Source: Phoronis australis (lineage: Eukaryota; Animalia; Phoronida). Taken from it: DNA of 64,000 bases. The notes below the pieces were generated by a model, which did no database searches, was not told where the DNA came from, and saw only the letters and a list, made by a program, of their open reading frames with translations. Where the stretch lies: positions 1,522,982 through 1,586,981 of the forward strand of contig NMRA01000010.1 of NCBI GenBank assembly GCA_002633005.1, given 5' to 3'. Position numbers and translations under genes: made by a program. Shown piece by piece: positions 15,201-44,126 of this stretch (position 1 is its first letter; every line of letters starts with the position of its first letter).

Positions 15201-18200
15201 AAAAACAAAGATCAGAGGTATAATAGAATCATATGCACGAGCATCACATCTTACCCATGAACCACTTATGAACCTATGAATCACGCATAGGAGCCCAAAA
15301 ATCGTGCATACAAACAAAAATCATAAGCACAAACCACAAAAATATACATACGACCACAAAGTCATACACACGAGCATCCAATCACATGAAGGAACATTTC
15401 ATTGTTTATTGGTGCATGCATTTGCTTCCACACCTGAGTGTTGGGTCCGCATGCATGACTCGTATGCATCATTCATAAGTTCGTGAGTGGTTCGTGCGAA
15501 TGATTTCGATGCTCGTTCGTATGATATTATGATACCCCTAAAGATCTTCAATTTTGAAAGGAAAGAATTACAAAGTGTCATGTGAACAACGTTCAAGTAA
15601 ATTAGAACTCAAATATCGAGAACAGTGCTGTAGTGGGGGGTAGGTGCATTTAGGCGCAGCCAACCGCTTTTTGGCATTTGAACGTAGCGCCTACGCACCG
15701 CAAGTTACGTTCAGTGCTGTAGGTGATATGTTGGGCTCTGGGCGTCTACTTACCTCTAATTTTACCCTTACAGCAGTGTTCGAGAACAAGAAGAATTGAA
15801 ACAATATCCTTACCTTCCACTGATCCATAATCAATAACAGCTACTGTTCTTTGTTCATTTACCCGGATACTTAAAATTTCGCCTCCACCACACCTTTTTG
15901 GGCTCTCAAAGAAAAGTTCCAACGTTTCATTTGATGTTTCAGAATTAAAGTTGGTCACGCGAATTGCGGTCATGGAAAATTGCTCTGTCTTCTGGTTTTC
16001 TCCGACAAACGAACACTCTTGATATTCTGAACACATTTGCTCAGTCTCGCTTTCAGCATCTGGACTGCATTGAATAACAGTGAGTGAGGCATTCGACAAC
16101 ACGTGATCCTTTTTAGCAGCAACCCTTTGGGCAACTACAACGAACATTTTCAAAAATTTAGATTAAATCAATAAACCGCATAAGATGTATATTTTGATGA
16201 TCAATGTATATATGTTCAGAATTCGATAGGATATGTTCGACAGCAACTTTGAAATCACATATACAATGATGAGTATTTTATATTATTCCCTTTTATCAAT
16301 AAAAAATTCGCAATGTACGTGGTTAGAAACACAAGACTAGATATCATGTAGTTAGCGCTCAGTGTTTTGCAAATAAGCGTGCAAAATACAATGCAGAACT
16401 CTAGTTACAAAATGCTGTTAACAACAGTGTTTTTGCCGTATGTAACAAAACAATTTGCTTTAAAGTCGGAAGTAGAAATGGATTATTCGTGCTATTCCTT
16501 ATTTAACATCTATGCAGTTTTAACTTCTTGTTGGCCAACAAAATAAAACATGGAATGACTGGCGTACAGGCACGGTATCAGTACTTCCGTTGCATACACG
16601 GTACGGCCACTCGGATCTCAAATCGAAACCTATTGTACTAAATAAATGCATTTATACAAAAAAGATAATTAGACAGTTCTCACAATCTACTGAGTATTTG
16701 TCGGCATGCGGAAACACTCATTGTCCTTTTTTGAGCTGTTTGAGTCTCACTACTAAGTCATTGCTTACTTTGATACACAGTGAATTGTAGTTGAATCCTC
16801 AATATTATTAAAATTAAGTTGTTTTCATGCAACACCCCGAATTTAAAGACTAAATCCTTTATCATTATGACTCAATTAAGAGTTCAGTATTTAGTTATAT
16901 ACTAAAAATGTCGTTAGTCAAAGAGAAGCTAGCACTAAAGAAAAAACGGTAGAAAAATACAACATCTGTGAGTACAGAACGAAACAAATGGATAAAACAT
17001 TTTGGAAACTTAGTTGAGTCCATATGTTAGACTGTTTCATGCAACCGGGCACTGTGGTCTCCCAACGGAAGGACGTGTAACGTGATATCCCTCCATCCGA
17101 ACTACTGACTTGCGCAAATGCATATATTTTGCACCTATATGGATATACAGATTTACGATACAAATGTTGATCATACATATTTGAGCAAACTGGTTAAGCC
17201 TAAACAACCTCAAGTACATAATTGTAATTGTTCTTTCGGGCTAAAAAACGAAGTGTTTTCTGTCATTGACATGGACGCCCTATGTATTTAATTAAAACTT
17301 TTATTTGGCTAAAAATTCTTTCAAACCTTCCACTGAACCATAGTCGATCACTGCTACTGTCTGTTCTGCGTTCATCCTTATGGTTTTAACGTCGTCCCCT
17401 TTTGACCGCTTGAGGTTTTCAAAGTAGAGCTCCAACGACTCCAACGTTGTTCCTTCCCGCATTCCTGTCACAGAAACGGCTGTTTTCGGCTTTGGAGTAT
17501 AAACCTTCACCTTGATTCTTGTGCCTCCCAAAACCAGTTCGGTTTTGTTCAAAACGGAGTCAAGATCTTTAAACATGGAAAGAAAAAAACATTCATAATG
17601 TCAGACTGTTCACCATCTACAGATGAATACGTCAATTCGTTTCGAGTGGCATTGTCAGAGAAAGAATTATTTTTTTGGGATTAGGTTCAACGCGGAATCA
17701 AATACACATTCTCAACTGTGGCAGTCCGTGTCAGTAGAACTAAACCCCACTCGATATGGTCGAGTAATTTAAGTGCATTTAACTGATAGTGTAACGGGGC
17801 TTGATTTCAGTGAATGACAGACAGACAACTATAAAAATTTGAAAACTGTAATAAAATCACAAAAAACACGAGTCAACTGATTTTTTGTTTTATAGCTCAG
17901 ACCACAGCTAATAAGAAATCGTTTAATGGCCGGAAACCGAGTAGTCCTACAACTTTTACCGTTGTCTGCCAGACATTCACCAAATCACAACCTTTTGCAC
18001 ATTACGCTTAACATTCTCGACTAGATAAAATGTGGGAGTTGGTCCATTTTTAAAAGGGGCTACTGTTTTTGCGAATGTGGTGGTTTCAATTCAGCACTCC
18101 GTCTATTAACTAATCGACCTTACTTGAGTAGCCAACAGTTTCAACCAGGTTTACGTGTGATTCTTTGCAACAGAAAACGAGTCCTATAATAATAAGGACG

Positions 18201-19345
18201 CTTTTGAGACCGTTTCAAACAGAGTTAAATGTCTAATTCCATTTCTGATTAGTTAGCTGAAGAGGGGAAAACATACATGTAGCTTTAAATAATACCTTTG
18301 GGGTTGTCAAACTTTATGAATGCTTTGTGCTTATCAGCATCGAACTTGAAATCCTTGATCTCTCCTCCTCCTGATTTCTTTTTGTTTTCAAAAAACAGTT
18401 CAATCATTTCTGGAGAAGTTCCGTCTTTAAATCCAGTAATTTCCAGAATCCTTTTTTCACCTATTGGAAAACAACACTGACAACGCTTTAAGTGGTGTGA
18501 ATAGTTACGAACGTTCTCTCAGTAGCCGAAATTCTTCCACCAATCACTGGCACCGTTCTGACACGGATCCAAGGAGTTCAGGATTCCGGAACCCTTTGCT
18601 CGATCAGTTTTACAAGTGATGGAGTGCAAGAATATCGAGCCAACGACGGAATCAAGAATTGCCAATAACATCTCAGGACTATTCCCTTAAAGTTTAGGCT
18701 AACGGAAGACATTACAAAACGCTGGAGGTGTGCATTTAAGCATGCGTTTGGTTAGGTGCAGTTGAGACTTTAACCTAATCATAATGAGATGAATAAACAA
18801 AAATTACCTTCTGGGGTTATAAATCTGGGTGGTGGCGTCACGTTCTCAAGTACGGTGAAGAACGGAAAACCTAATGTCTTGTTGAATTTGAGCAGATATC
18901 ATACCTAACATGGAGGTCATTTTACAGCGAGTGTAATGGGTGCAGGATGGGGAGTAATTCAAAGAATCATCACAAGCACATACATGTACTTAGCAAAGCC
19001 CTCATGTCCTGGCAGGTTAAAAAATTAAGGAAATCTTGAGCTTTATTATCTATGAAAACAAAAGTAACTTCTTTCAACAGAAATAAATCCTTAAGTTTGC
19101 TTGCATCAATAAAAATGTCGTTTGTCAAGTTCCCATAATTAGAAATGTGCATAACTAAATTTATCGTAGATACCGAACTCGTACACCTATCTACATAACA
19201 CGCCATTGTTTACCTCCCAACACTTACCGTGTGATTCTTGCTCCGCTAATGCATCCCCATCTGATTTTGTAACACTGAAGTCCTCCATTTTATGTGGCCT
19301 ATCGCTCGCTTTACTAGTGCCAACTGCCTTTGCTGGGTAGTTCAT
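47..19345 (-). CDS. PARP14: Gene A: PARP14-like multidomain protein (7 RRM - KH array - macrodomain stubs - KH - WWE), 13 coding exons in window, 3' end off the left edge
   Basis: Phase-compatible GT-AG exons: 19345-19228, 18460-18296, 17566-17327, 16134-15814, 15192-14920, 14703-14398, 14250-13993, 8259-8023, 5747-4131, 3417-3301, 1395-1169, 653-440, 226-47 (4273 nt, about 1424 aa). Repeated 'LELxFENxKxSGGGEI' RRM motif typical of PARP10/14. The symbol marks family resemblance, not proven orthology, and the catalytic domain is not visible. Confidence 0.85.
440..653 (-). CDS. Gene A exon: last KH-like domain and start of WWE
   Basis: Overlaps ORF 423..617 (HRIRIRGRTECVLKAKDEIKQIL...LLAKHVQWIFEE); tttcag acceptor, GTATGT donor, phase 0 to 1. 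Confidence 0.85.
1169..1395 (-). CDS. Gene A exon: post-macro KH-like segment
   Basis: ORF 1127..1417 (TNIRIFGSKDSDITKAIEEIKKLC); tag acceptor, GTTGGT donor, phase 1 to 0. Confidence 0.8.
2299..3137. mobile_element. Non-autonomous TIR element (MULE-like MITE)
   Basis: Imperfect terminal inverted repeats (agatttttctaaa... / ...tttagaacaatcc) with subterminal TCGACCC repeats; near-identical 9-bp flanks GATTTCACA (2290-2298) and GATTTCGCA (3138-3146). Confidence 0.6.
3301..3417 (-). CDS. Gene A exon: N-terminal stub of a macrodomain
   Basis: SATSATIGGLAVRVFQGDITKQATDAIVNPCNSDLDLSM (GDIT..DAIVN motif); tttcag acceptor, GTATGT donor, 117 nt, phase 1-1. Confidence 0.85.
4131..5747 (-). CDS. Gene A large exon: tandem KH-like domains and start of macrodomain 1
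   Basis: ORF 4081..5772, ending QGDMTKHKVDVIVNAANGKLKNAGGLALAIVEQ; 1617 nt, phase 1-1; aligns by eye with the gene C exon starting at 62753. Confidence 0.9.
6794..6949. mobile_element. MITE with CAGGGGCGGAT/CAGTGGCGGAT termini and 5-bp TSD (hAT5-like)
   Basis: TIRs caggggcggatcc / aattcagccactg; TSD GTTAT on both sides; same family at 12837, about 23285, 43976 and 62095. Confidence 0.8.
8023..8259 (-). CDS. Gene A RRM exon (237 nt)
   Basis: TDSIQVHDLPPNCTDDTLENYFENKKKSGGGEVEKVVIHGNGKVAVITF; same length as gene C exon 58787-59023. Confidence 0.9.
9093..12257 (-). mobile_element. Decayed Academ (AcademX-type) DNA transposon in a gene A intron
   Basis: 5'-TAG...CTA-3' termini with long imperfect TIRs (tagtcggtgggccagat / atttggcccactgacta, plus tgtgagtacttt-gggggcaa blocks); 3-bp TSD ATA (9090-9092, 12258-12260); decayed Cys-rich C-terminus CKCKKNMC..CCNAGSNCTEMCSCDNCSN at 9827-10096. 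Confidence 0.8.
12837..12979. mobile_element. 5-bp-TSD MITE (same family as 6794)
   Basis: cagtggcggattt...atccgcccctg; TSD GAGAT on both sides. Confidence 0.8.
13081..13177 (-). pseudogene. Truncated, frameshifted duplicate of the 5' part of exon 8259-8023, with its acceptor
   Basis: gacttctgtaaaggtttcttggtgcaagtt...gtctgcacgtgctaatgaagcaag matches 8210-8281; 1-nt deletion; homology ends after about 75 exonic nt. Confidence 0.8.
13993..14250 (-). CDS. Gene A RRM exon (258 nt)
   Basis: ORF 13925..14299; same length as gene C exon 58280-58537. Confidence 0.9.
14398..14703 (-). CDS. Gene A RRM exon (306 nt)
   Basis: TIRVRGLPKDTSHDLLENFFQNRRKSGGGEIDKIEIDEAKQTALVTF; canonical splice sites. Confidence 0.9.
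14920..15192 (-). CDS. Gene A RRM exon (273 nt)
   Basis: ORF 14900..15208; same length as gene C exon 56191-56463. Confidence 0.9.
15814..16134 (-). CDS. Gene A RRM exon (321 nt)
   Basis: ORF 15746..16153; same length as gene C exon 55753-56073. Confidence 0.9.
17327..17566 (-). CDS. Gene A RRM exon (240 nt)
   Basis: ORF 17301..17576; same length and same GTTTGA donor as gene C exon 55224-55463. Confidence 0.9.
18296..18460 (-). CDS. Gene A first RRM exon (165 nt)
   Basis: KRILEITGFKDGTSPEMIELFFENKKKSGGGEIKDFKFDADKHKAFIKFDNPK; same length as gene C exon 54934-55098. Confidence 0.9.
19228..19345 (-). CDS. Gene A probable first coding exon
   Basis: Acceptor ccaccag before 19366; in-frame ATGs at 19345 and 19288 (MNYPAKAVG...KMEDFSVTKSDGDALAEQESH); GTAAGT donor in phase 1, matching the next exon. 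Confidence 0.6.
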
Positions 19346-22164
19346 CGCGTCATCGGAGAACGTAATCTGGTGGAAGCAGTGGTCATTACCAAAACTACAT
19401 GAGACAACTCCTACACGCTGAGATTTGGGTTTTGTTACCCGAACGCCTACGTGAGCCTAAGACAGACTGTGACGAACCCGTCCAAATTGATTCACAAATG
19501 AATGGTCGTGGCTTGGCCGCGTTGCTGAAGAAAACCCATTCGCCAATTTCTCTTATAATGCATCGATTTTAAAAATTCAAAAATAAGTAGTCCTTGAGAA
19601 AATTATAGGTTTTTTCACCGTTCTTTAAACCGATAAGAACATGTGACATAGTTTCAGACCATGGAGTTCTCAGTCAAAAAATAGTAAATCTATCAGCTAA
19701 GTAATACTATGCATTGAATTTCGTTTAATGGCAGAGAAGATATACTTTGAGTTCCCTGGATAGGTTTAAGAATCTTATTATTACCTGATAATTTTTCTGA
19801 AAAGGAGCTGAAAATCCTGTGACCATAAGTAAAATCGAAAAACCGTGCACAGTTTTAGCACTAGTTTCAAGGAGACTTACTAGGATTCGGCCGCCTATTA
19901 ATCAAGGGCCTCGCTCCGTGTTCAGTGTTCTACGTCCAGTAACAAGTGTTTCATTGCTACCCCTGATTGATGCAAGCTTAGATATACAGTCTATGTTACT
20001 GCACAAGAAATCAACCACTTGGTCAAACGTTATGGTTAGTTAATGCACAATTTTTCACCAGCAATTACAACAAGATATTGTAATTGTCTCAACTGAACTG
20101 TTTTTCCTAAATATGTTGTGGCTTCAAACTTCCCCAAGGCGATGAACGTCGTCTGCGAATGTACAATACGTCATGACTGAAACTTTCAAACTAAAGAATA
20201 TGTGTGTAACTGGAACTCGCACATGCGCAGAGAACGCTAGTAGAAATGGGATGTTAAGAATGGACCTGACTAGACAACAACTTTTGTTCTCGTATAGTCC
20301 CAAACATAATATGCTTCCCTTCCATGTGTTTCCAAGGCAGAATTATGCATTTTGCACGACTAAATTTTCCACAAACTTACGGCAATTTTGATGAACATTC
20401 TTGACAAGCCCAATGAACCTTGCAGTTGCTATGCACGAACTCACCGACATGACTTCGTCTTGCGAATTTTGTCGACATATAATGTTAAATCGATTTTGGG
20501 GAAGCAATGCAGTGTTCCCCACGACCAGTTTTAACCGGTCGCTTCAACAGGTGTGCCGATGCTCCCATCAGGTTTCGGTAATCAGCAACACACGGGCTTT
20601 GTGTTTGCCCACGACAAAGAATGGCTGCCAGGTCGAGTCCAATTATGTCTTTCCAACCGTTTTGATTTTCAGTTGTGGAGAATACTGCAATGCGTTCAAT
20701 TTTATATACTTATAATAATGAAATAAAATAAACAAAGCATAATTTTAAGAAGAATGCTTTTTCTTTTTTCATGAAGTTTCCACTCATAGAATTTATTTTC
20801 CATGTTTTCTATGACAAGTGGCAATCGTTTCTATTCTCATTGCTATTTACATGTACATTTCAACCTACCTATCTACACTGAGCATAAAACACCTCCTTAT
20901 CACTGTACGGGAACGGCGTCATCGTAAGCGGTGTATCGCTAAAAACGTGCTCTCTACTCAAGGCTCGTCGTTTGCCTGGAAAAGTCGTACCATTTCGAAT
21001 TATGTGCATATCTACATGAAAGTAGACTAGCTAGATGCTGCCTAGAGAGACGGCGCTAGCCTGGGTTTGGCAATAATGAAAGTTTGCAATCAAGACCGTT
21101 TTCAGTAGGCATATGATAATCGGCTACGATAAGGGCAGCAAAAACACTGCAGCATTGTGTGCGCCGATACAATAATATTCTCAGGTAAGCTTACAGTCGT
21201 ACTAGCTATGCTAAAGCTTAATAACGTTCTTTTCCTTTGGAAGATTCTCTCCGAGTACATAGCTTTGGTAGACCGTACTCAGACTCGAATCATGCTGAAA
21301 CTCACACTTCATACTCAACTCCAGTACAGACTCAGCTTTGGTGTATTCAATGTCATACTCGAACAATCTGTATTCAAAATTACGAGCACATACTCAATTT
21401 TCAAGTATACTCGAACTGAAGCGTTTCTCATCTATATTTGGAGTACGATTTTGCCGGTCTCAATTTTAATTGTTTTTAAATGAAACATTACCAGCAAAGG
21501 AAGAATGTGTAGAGTATACAGCAAGACTTCTACTGAATTTGCGACTGAGGTATGTTACAGCCAGCCATTGACACATCTGTACATGCAAAAGGCAGATCTA
21601 CGTGTATTTCTTTGTTTTACTTACATAAATCTTAACTTGGAGTACAAGTCATCGACGGAGTGTCCCTAATTCTAGTTCCCAGGATAGCCCTGGCGGTTCT
21701 ATTTTGGACAAGCTGGACTTAGCTTGCAAGTGTGTCGTTGGTATGTCCCAAAACCGGCAAAAAATAATCAATATGGGCCTGAATAATATAATGGTAAAGT
21801 CTCTTAAGTACGTGTGCGACATTAAGACGTTTACCTTCTTTGTGATGCTTTAACAGTCTCAACTTTCTCATTTACATATTTTTCACGAGCTGCAGACTGA
21901 GAAAGTGGGGAGATGTTATGTCGACTGTAGGCAGCGTCACCGTTGCAAATGCTTTACTTGCGAAGAGTTCTTTGACACGCAGGTCATATTACAATCCTAA
22001 CAAGTTTTTGTAACCGTTCGTTGGTGTGCGACGTTATAAAACCAACTGAATTTTATGTGAACCGTGTTGTCAAAGTAATCAGCACTGAAGTAAACGACAT
22101 TCCTGTTTGTAACAGGTAGTCCACTTTGNCACTACTGGCCTCGCTTTGGAAGTAAATTACTTAC

Positions 22165-22300
22165 GCTTTTGCGAAGTAGTGCTAGAAATACCACTGACTT
22201 TGACAATATCAGTGAACGTATGACTAAAGCCAGGAAAGATCAATCTCCCACCCACAAATTTCAGGTCCACCAGGTAGGTCTTGATCCGTTCAGACGTGGT
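22165..22300 (-). other. Putative non-coding first exon of gene A
   Basis: Consensus GTAAGT donor at 22164-22159 just downstream of the promoter module; 5' boundary approximate. Confidence 0.45.
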
Positions 22301-22320
22301 AATGGATTGCTTTGGCCTCA

Positions 22321-22385
22321 GCTCGCTGATTGGTTATCAGAAACGAAACCATGAAATTTTCCCATGACGTCATTTCGAAGAAATC
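22321..22385 (-). promoter_or_regulatory. Gene A promoter module: GAS - CRE - kB-like - ISRE - CCAAT
   Basis: TTCTTCGAA (22382-22374), TGACGTCA (22365-22372), GGGAAAATTTC (22363-22353), GGTTTCGTTTC (22350-22340), CCAATCAGCGAGC (22333-22321); colinear with the gene C promoter at 48843-48909. Confidence 0.75.
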
Positions 22386-22777
22386 CCTTCAGCTGAGCGC
22401 ACAACCAGCGCTACTGTTGACTAAAATACTTTCGTAGTTACCGGCTGCAATGTAAGAAAGGAATGGCCAACGCGATATTAGTGACCAAATGTAGTTTAAA
22501 AACCAAACTGGTATCTGTGACTCGTAGTCCAGGCGAGGGCCCACGAAACATTTTACATTGCCCAAACCGTAGGACTGACTGGTGACACGAAAACTGCCCG
22601 ACGGAAAGCGTGTGACCATGTGTCGACTAATGAGCTAGGTGGGGCAAAAACGTATTATACGTCAGGGCACGTATTTTTTGTGCCAAATAGTCGCTATTGA
22701 AGACGCTTCGGCCTTTAAGAGTTCACCGATAGTCGCCACGTTTGATCAACAGTTTGGTATATTCCTCTCGGCACTCA

Positions 22778-22788
22778 GGTTTCGTTTC
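22778..22788 (+). promoter_or_regulatory. Second ISRE-like element upstream of gene A
   Basis: GGTTTCGTTTC, the same 11-mer as in the proximal module, in the opposite orientation. Confidence 0.45.
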
Positions 22789-22957
22789 AGATGAGTTTTG
22801 GCTCATTGACGACTCGTTGTGATTGTTCATATTTTCTTGAAGGGGTTAAATATTAAACTTGGTGTGAGAGTAATTATAGTCCAAGGCTTGACCATTAGGG
22901 GGAGCTGATCCGGTCTAATGAGGTGACTGTGTGGTATTAGTAAACATATCCGCCCAT

Positions 22958-24735
22958 AGACCCTATTCACGCCGACAGGAGGCGCGTTCCAAAACGAGGC
23001 TCGCTACGATAGCTCTGTCAGCTCATCGGCATAGGAGTCTGTGTTTCAGTCCGTGTTGTTCCCCGAACGGCTAGAAAAAATACGGACACGCTTCACAATC
23101 TCTAAAGACGTTTAGATTCGGAAGCGTTGGGTCGTTGCCATACGCCGACGAAGCAAAATATGTCCGTGTAAAATAAATGTTTTCGAAAAGTTAGATCATA
23201 TTTTGTCGCATCTCGGTCAGTTGTCAAGCATCATAGTAACGACCAGAGAATGGGCCAGCCAGGTTGTATTTTCATGACTACGGATGGGGGGGGGGGGCAC
23301 TAAAATTGTATCAGATCCCATTTTTGAGTTCGGGTGCGAATTGCTGACTAGCACACGTGCGCAACCAGGGGGTCTTGGGGGGTGAATAAACAACGCATAG
23401 GCGCTGAATGAACCCCGTTTACCGTTTTTTTTTTAGTCAACAGGTCCGCAAACCCAAGAATTCAAGACCCCTGCATCCCCAGATTTTAGGCTGGGCGCGC
23501 GCATCTGTCGAAATGCTGCTTATTCCTGTGCCTGCCCCCCAATTCAAAATCCTGGATCCGCCCCTGCTACGGGTTGAAACATTATAATTTTTCTTTCCAA
23601 AAAGGACAGAGCCCTCAATCCCTCAAATTTAGGGCCCAATATCGGCCCTATTCCCCTCTCAAAAATATTGAAATATCACGCGAAATTCCCCCCACGAGGC
23701 ACAAAAATTCCCCTAGTGAAAAATCTCTCTGAGTTCACATAACCTGTAACCACACAGGTGACAATTTTTAAGAGCACAAAAGGCTACTTTAAAATGAGAC
23801 AGAGCCTATGAGAGCTTGCAACAGGGCGGGGGTGCTATTGATGGTGATCGGGAGGTAGACTGTTCCCGCCCTCACTCTGCGAAAAAATCGCCTCTCAGTA
23901 GGCACTAGCACCTTTCCCCTCGGATGAACGAGGTTTCTGCAGAAACATGATAACTATGATTTCATTGTCCAGTTAACTGAAATTGAGTTCTAAAACGAGG
24001 TTACGTTTTGGACGAACGAATTAGGTGTTTTAATTTTAAAATTCAACTTGGTCCAGATTGATACTTGAAATCTAACACATGAAATAGACGTAAGAATTAT
24101 TACAACCAAGAAAGCAGAATTGATGGTCAAATAATTTTTATTTTCAATTACGAGTCTGGTTTATTATTTTAATAAAAAATATATTTAATAACATCGATTA
24201 TTCTTTGAGATCAATGACAAATCAACTGTTAGTCCCAGGGAGTGCATAGGATCAGGCTATGCTTGATTTTAATACTCTTGATCAACAAATTAAACCAGAT
24301 GTGACTAATTGCACATGACAGCCACCACTGTCGAATATGTCTTCAACTCGTCAACAATACGAGCAGATGACCTAGTCCGCGTAGAAAGTATTTTGATCAA
24401 CAATTTACAACAAAAAAGTAACCCTGAATTCAGCATAATACCTAATCCGTAACACTACGATCGCCGCAATTTGGTCATATTTACTTTTCATGTTTCGAAC
24501 CTAGTTTTCCGAAAAAAAATAAACCCTTTCGTCAGACAACTCTTTGACGCCTTAACTTGTTCTCTAATGTAATTTTCTACGTCTGTGTGGTTTAATTGTT
24601 GACACATTGTTAAAATTCAATATCCAGGTTGGACTCGAAAGACCGGCTATTTAACTCACGCAATGTCTACTTTCGCTTTGTTTATCGCAGTGAGCCTCGC
24701 TTTGGATTTTAATGTCCGCCGCGTGAATAGAGTCT
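22958..24735 (+). mobile_element. Decayed PIF/Harbinger (ISL2EU-like) element with nested MITE
   Basis: TIRs agaccctattcacgc...ccaaaacgaggctc / gagcctcgctttgg...gcgtgaatagagtct, flanked by AT on both sides; THAP-like remnant 'RKRWVVAIRR' near 23115-23150; nested MITE at about 23285-23566. Confidence 0.65.
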
Positions 24736-26618
24736 ATGGAATGACCATATGAATTACGAAATTTGGGGTCGTTTTCATTCTGAGCCAATTAATAAATAGA
24801 ATTAGTTACTAATTACTAAATAGAATAACTCTTACTTTAAAAGTAAATTGATTTGTATTGCACATGCTCACTGCTTGCATTGTTTCATCGGTGAAACAAA
24901 CGCAGTATCTAACACGATGCCGAATTAGAGGAGTACTATGACAAGTGAATGCAAGAATTTTGACCTGTTTTGTCATTTGTTTGTCCCGAATAGTGTATAA
25001 TTCGAGGTTGTTTTGGGAAACAGAATACTGTATTTTAATTGTAACATTTTTGATTATATGGCAGACTTCTCAAATTTTTTCGAGTTAGTGGAAATATTGT
25101 GGTGTAGTTGACGCCTGGTTGTAACCCACAGTTTATTTCCGACGGCTCGTGCACCTGCGAGTGAAAAATGCCATTACTTTTGCTATCCATGTTCTTACAG
25201 TTCCTATTTTAAAAATAAGTATATGTTTTCAAGTTTACAACGACGTAAGTTTTCTGTTGATGAATTCCGATGAAACTTTCTTACTTTTAATACCTTTATT
25301 CCCAATAACCAGAAAGTGTACAATCTAAGTGATTATAATAAGCACCCACACATTCACACCACGCAGCAACTGAATGGTAGTTTAGTTTTCGATAACATGG
25401 GTAAAATTTAACCACCAATCTCTAAATCTAGCAAGCTGCCTATTTTTCAAAAAAAATCTGTAATACAGCAATGTTTTAAAATATTTGCAAAAGCATCAAT
25501 ATATGATAAAACGTTCCGAATACAAGTGACATTTCGCTAGAATCAAAATTAAATTTGTTAATGAATAGATTTATCGTTTGTCGCAAAAAACAGGAGCATT
25601 CATTAATGTTTCGCCATTATCAATGAAGCACAGTTTAGAAACAAGTTCCCAAAAATCTAGTAAATTCACGATATAGAAATAATTGTACCATAACTATTGA
25701 GATTGTGAAAGAACTTTATAATCAACCAGTTTTCCACCGATCCTGCTGAGTGATTTCCATACCCGTGCTTTAGACGCTTGAGCTATTATCGGATCAGTAC
25801 GGACCGTACACAGTAGTGTTTCACGTAGACGACCGGCATGCCCTGCCGATAATAACCCACTAATGTATGATCATTTTCTGCCGCAAACTCATCGAACCAA
25901 CGCTGGAAGCTATATTTGTTTCGTTATACGACCACTGTCGCTTACTTCCTGCAGGGTCAAACATTATAAAGAAGACTACCTATTCACACAACACATTAAG
26001 GTCTACAATCACAAGCGTGCACACGGACACACACAGACACAAGAAAACAAAACAACACCAAAGTTGGGAACATCAGACCATTCTTAAGAGTCTAGCAATA
26101 AACAAGCATGGACAGAGGGTAGTATCACTTCATATGGGCAGATTGACAGAGGTGGTACTCTCCCGAGGTCCATATGGCATGATATCCCTTTAAGATAAGA
26201 TCGTATCCGTTTTGTTATAGGACCACTGTTGCTTACTTCCTCCGACATTTTTCGTAATATTAATATACTGACGAACATTTAAGTTCAGACATGTTTCCTC
26301 GCTTTCTCGTCAGGGGTTTATGGTTTCAGCCGTATGATCTTCAGACCGTGCATGAATAAAATGCGATACTCCACGGCTAGCTTGGTCTGTATTACTCCAT
26401 CACGTTTTAGCCAATAAGTGGTCGTGCATTGATAGCAACTATGGTCAAGTGAGCTCTATGCCGACTGTCTTTCTGCTAAAAGACCACGCAGTACATGTAC
26501 ATTACATCCACCGTACCTTAAACATACATGTAGTGTAAAGACTCAATCCACAAAAACACAAACTCATGGTTAACCTGATATAAATGCACGTGTTTTGTAT
26601 TCAATAATGTGTATCACT

Positions 26619-43598
<16,980 letters not shown>

Positions 43599-43975
43599 GG
43601 CATCACTCACTGAAAAAGATATTTTGAAGGAACAAACTTTGCTGTAATGAACCACCAACAATTCACATATCTATATCAATGAGTGCTCCATTTAGGGGTT
43701 TACTTTTTAAACAGACTTCAAAAAGACTTTTCCAGGAATATACCTACGAGGACTGAGAGCACAACTCTTGCACTTACTTTATTCCAAATTATGTAACGTC
43801 ACAAGCTACTTATTCCTTAAATTTGCTGTAAATCATATTTCATTGTGTTAAAAGTATCAGCTTTCACCGACAGCCAGCTTCATTGCTCATTTAATAAAAT
43901 AATTCATCCTTTTATCTAGGCTCTCTAATAGAGGTATCTGTGTCAAGATAACATAAATTGACAAAGGAGTAGATA

Positions 43976-44126
43976 CAATGGCGTATTTGGAGGGGGGGGC
44001 ATTGCCCCTAAAATATCCCAGATTCCATATGGTAGTTCGGGGGTGCGAATGTCTGACGGGCAAAATCGTGGCTAATAGTCTGCCCTTCCCCCCACCCCCT
44101 AACTCAAAATCCTGGATCTGCCCTTG
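43976..44126. mobile_element. 5-bp-TSD MITE (same family as 6794)
   Basis: caatggcgtattt...ggatctgcccttg; TSD AGATA on both sides. Confidence 0.8.

Noticed and set aside
22165-22270. Minus-strand frame reading DIVKVSGISSTTSQK, like the first strand of an RRM, in the putative first exon of gene A
   Set aside because: No ATG, too short, and its phase does not match the exon at 19366; could be a vestige but is unsupported.
26286-26315. Hammerhead-like CTGACGA...GAAA on the minus strand (also a degenerate one near 62555-62597)
   Set aside because: Stems do not pair convincingly, or the core is mutated.
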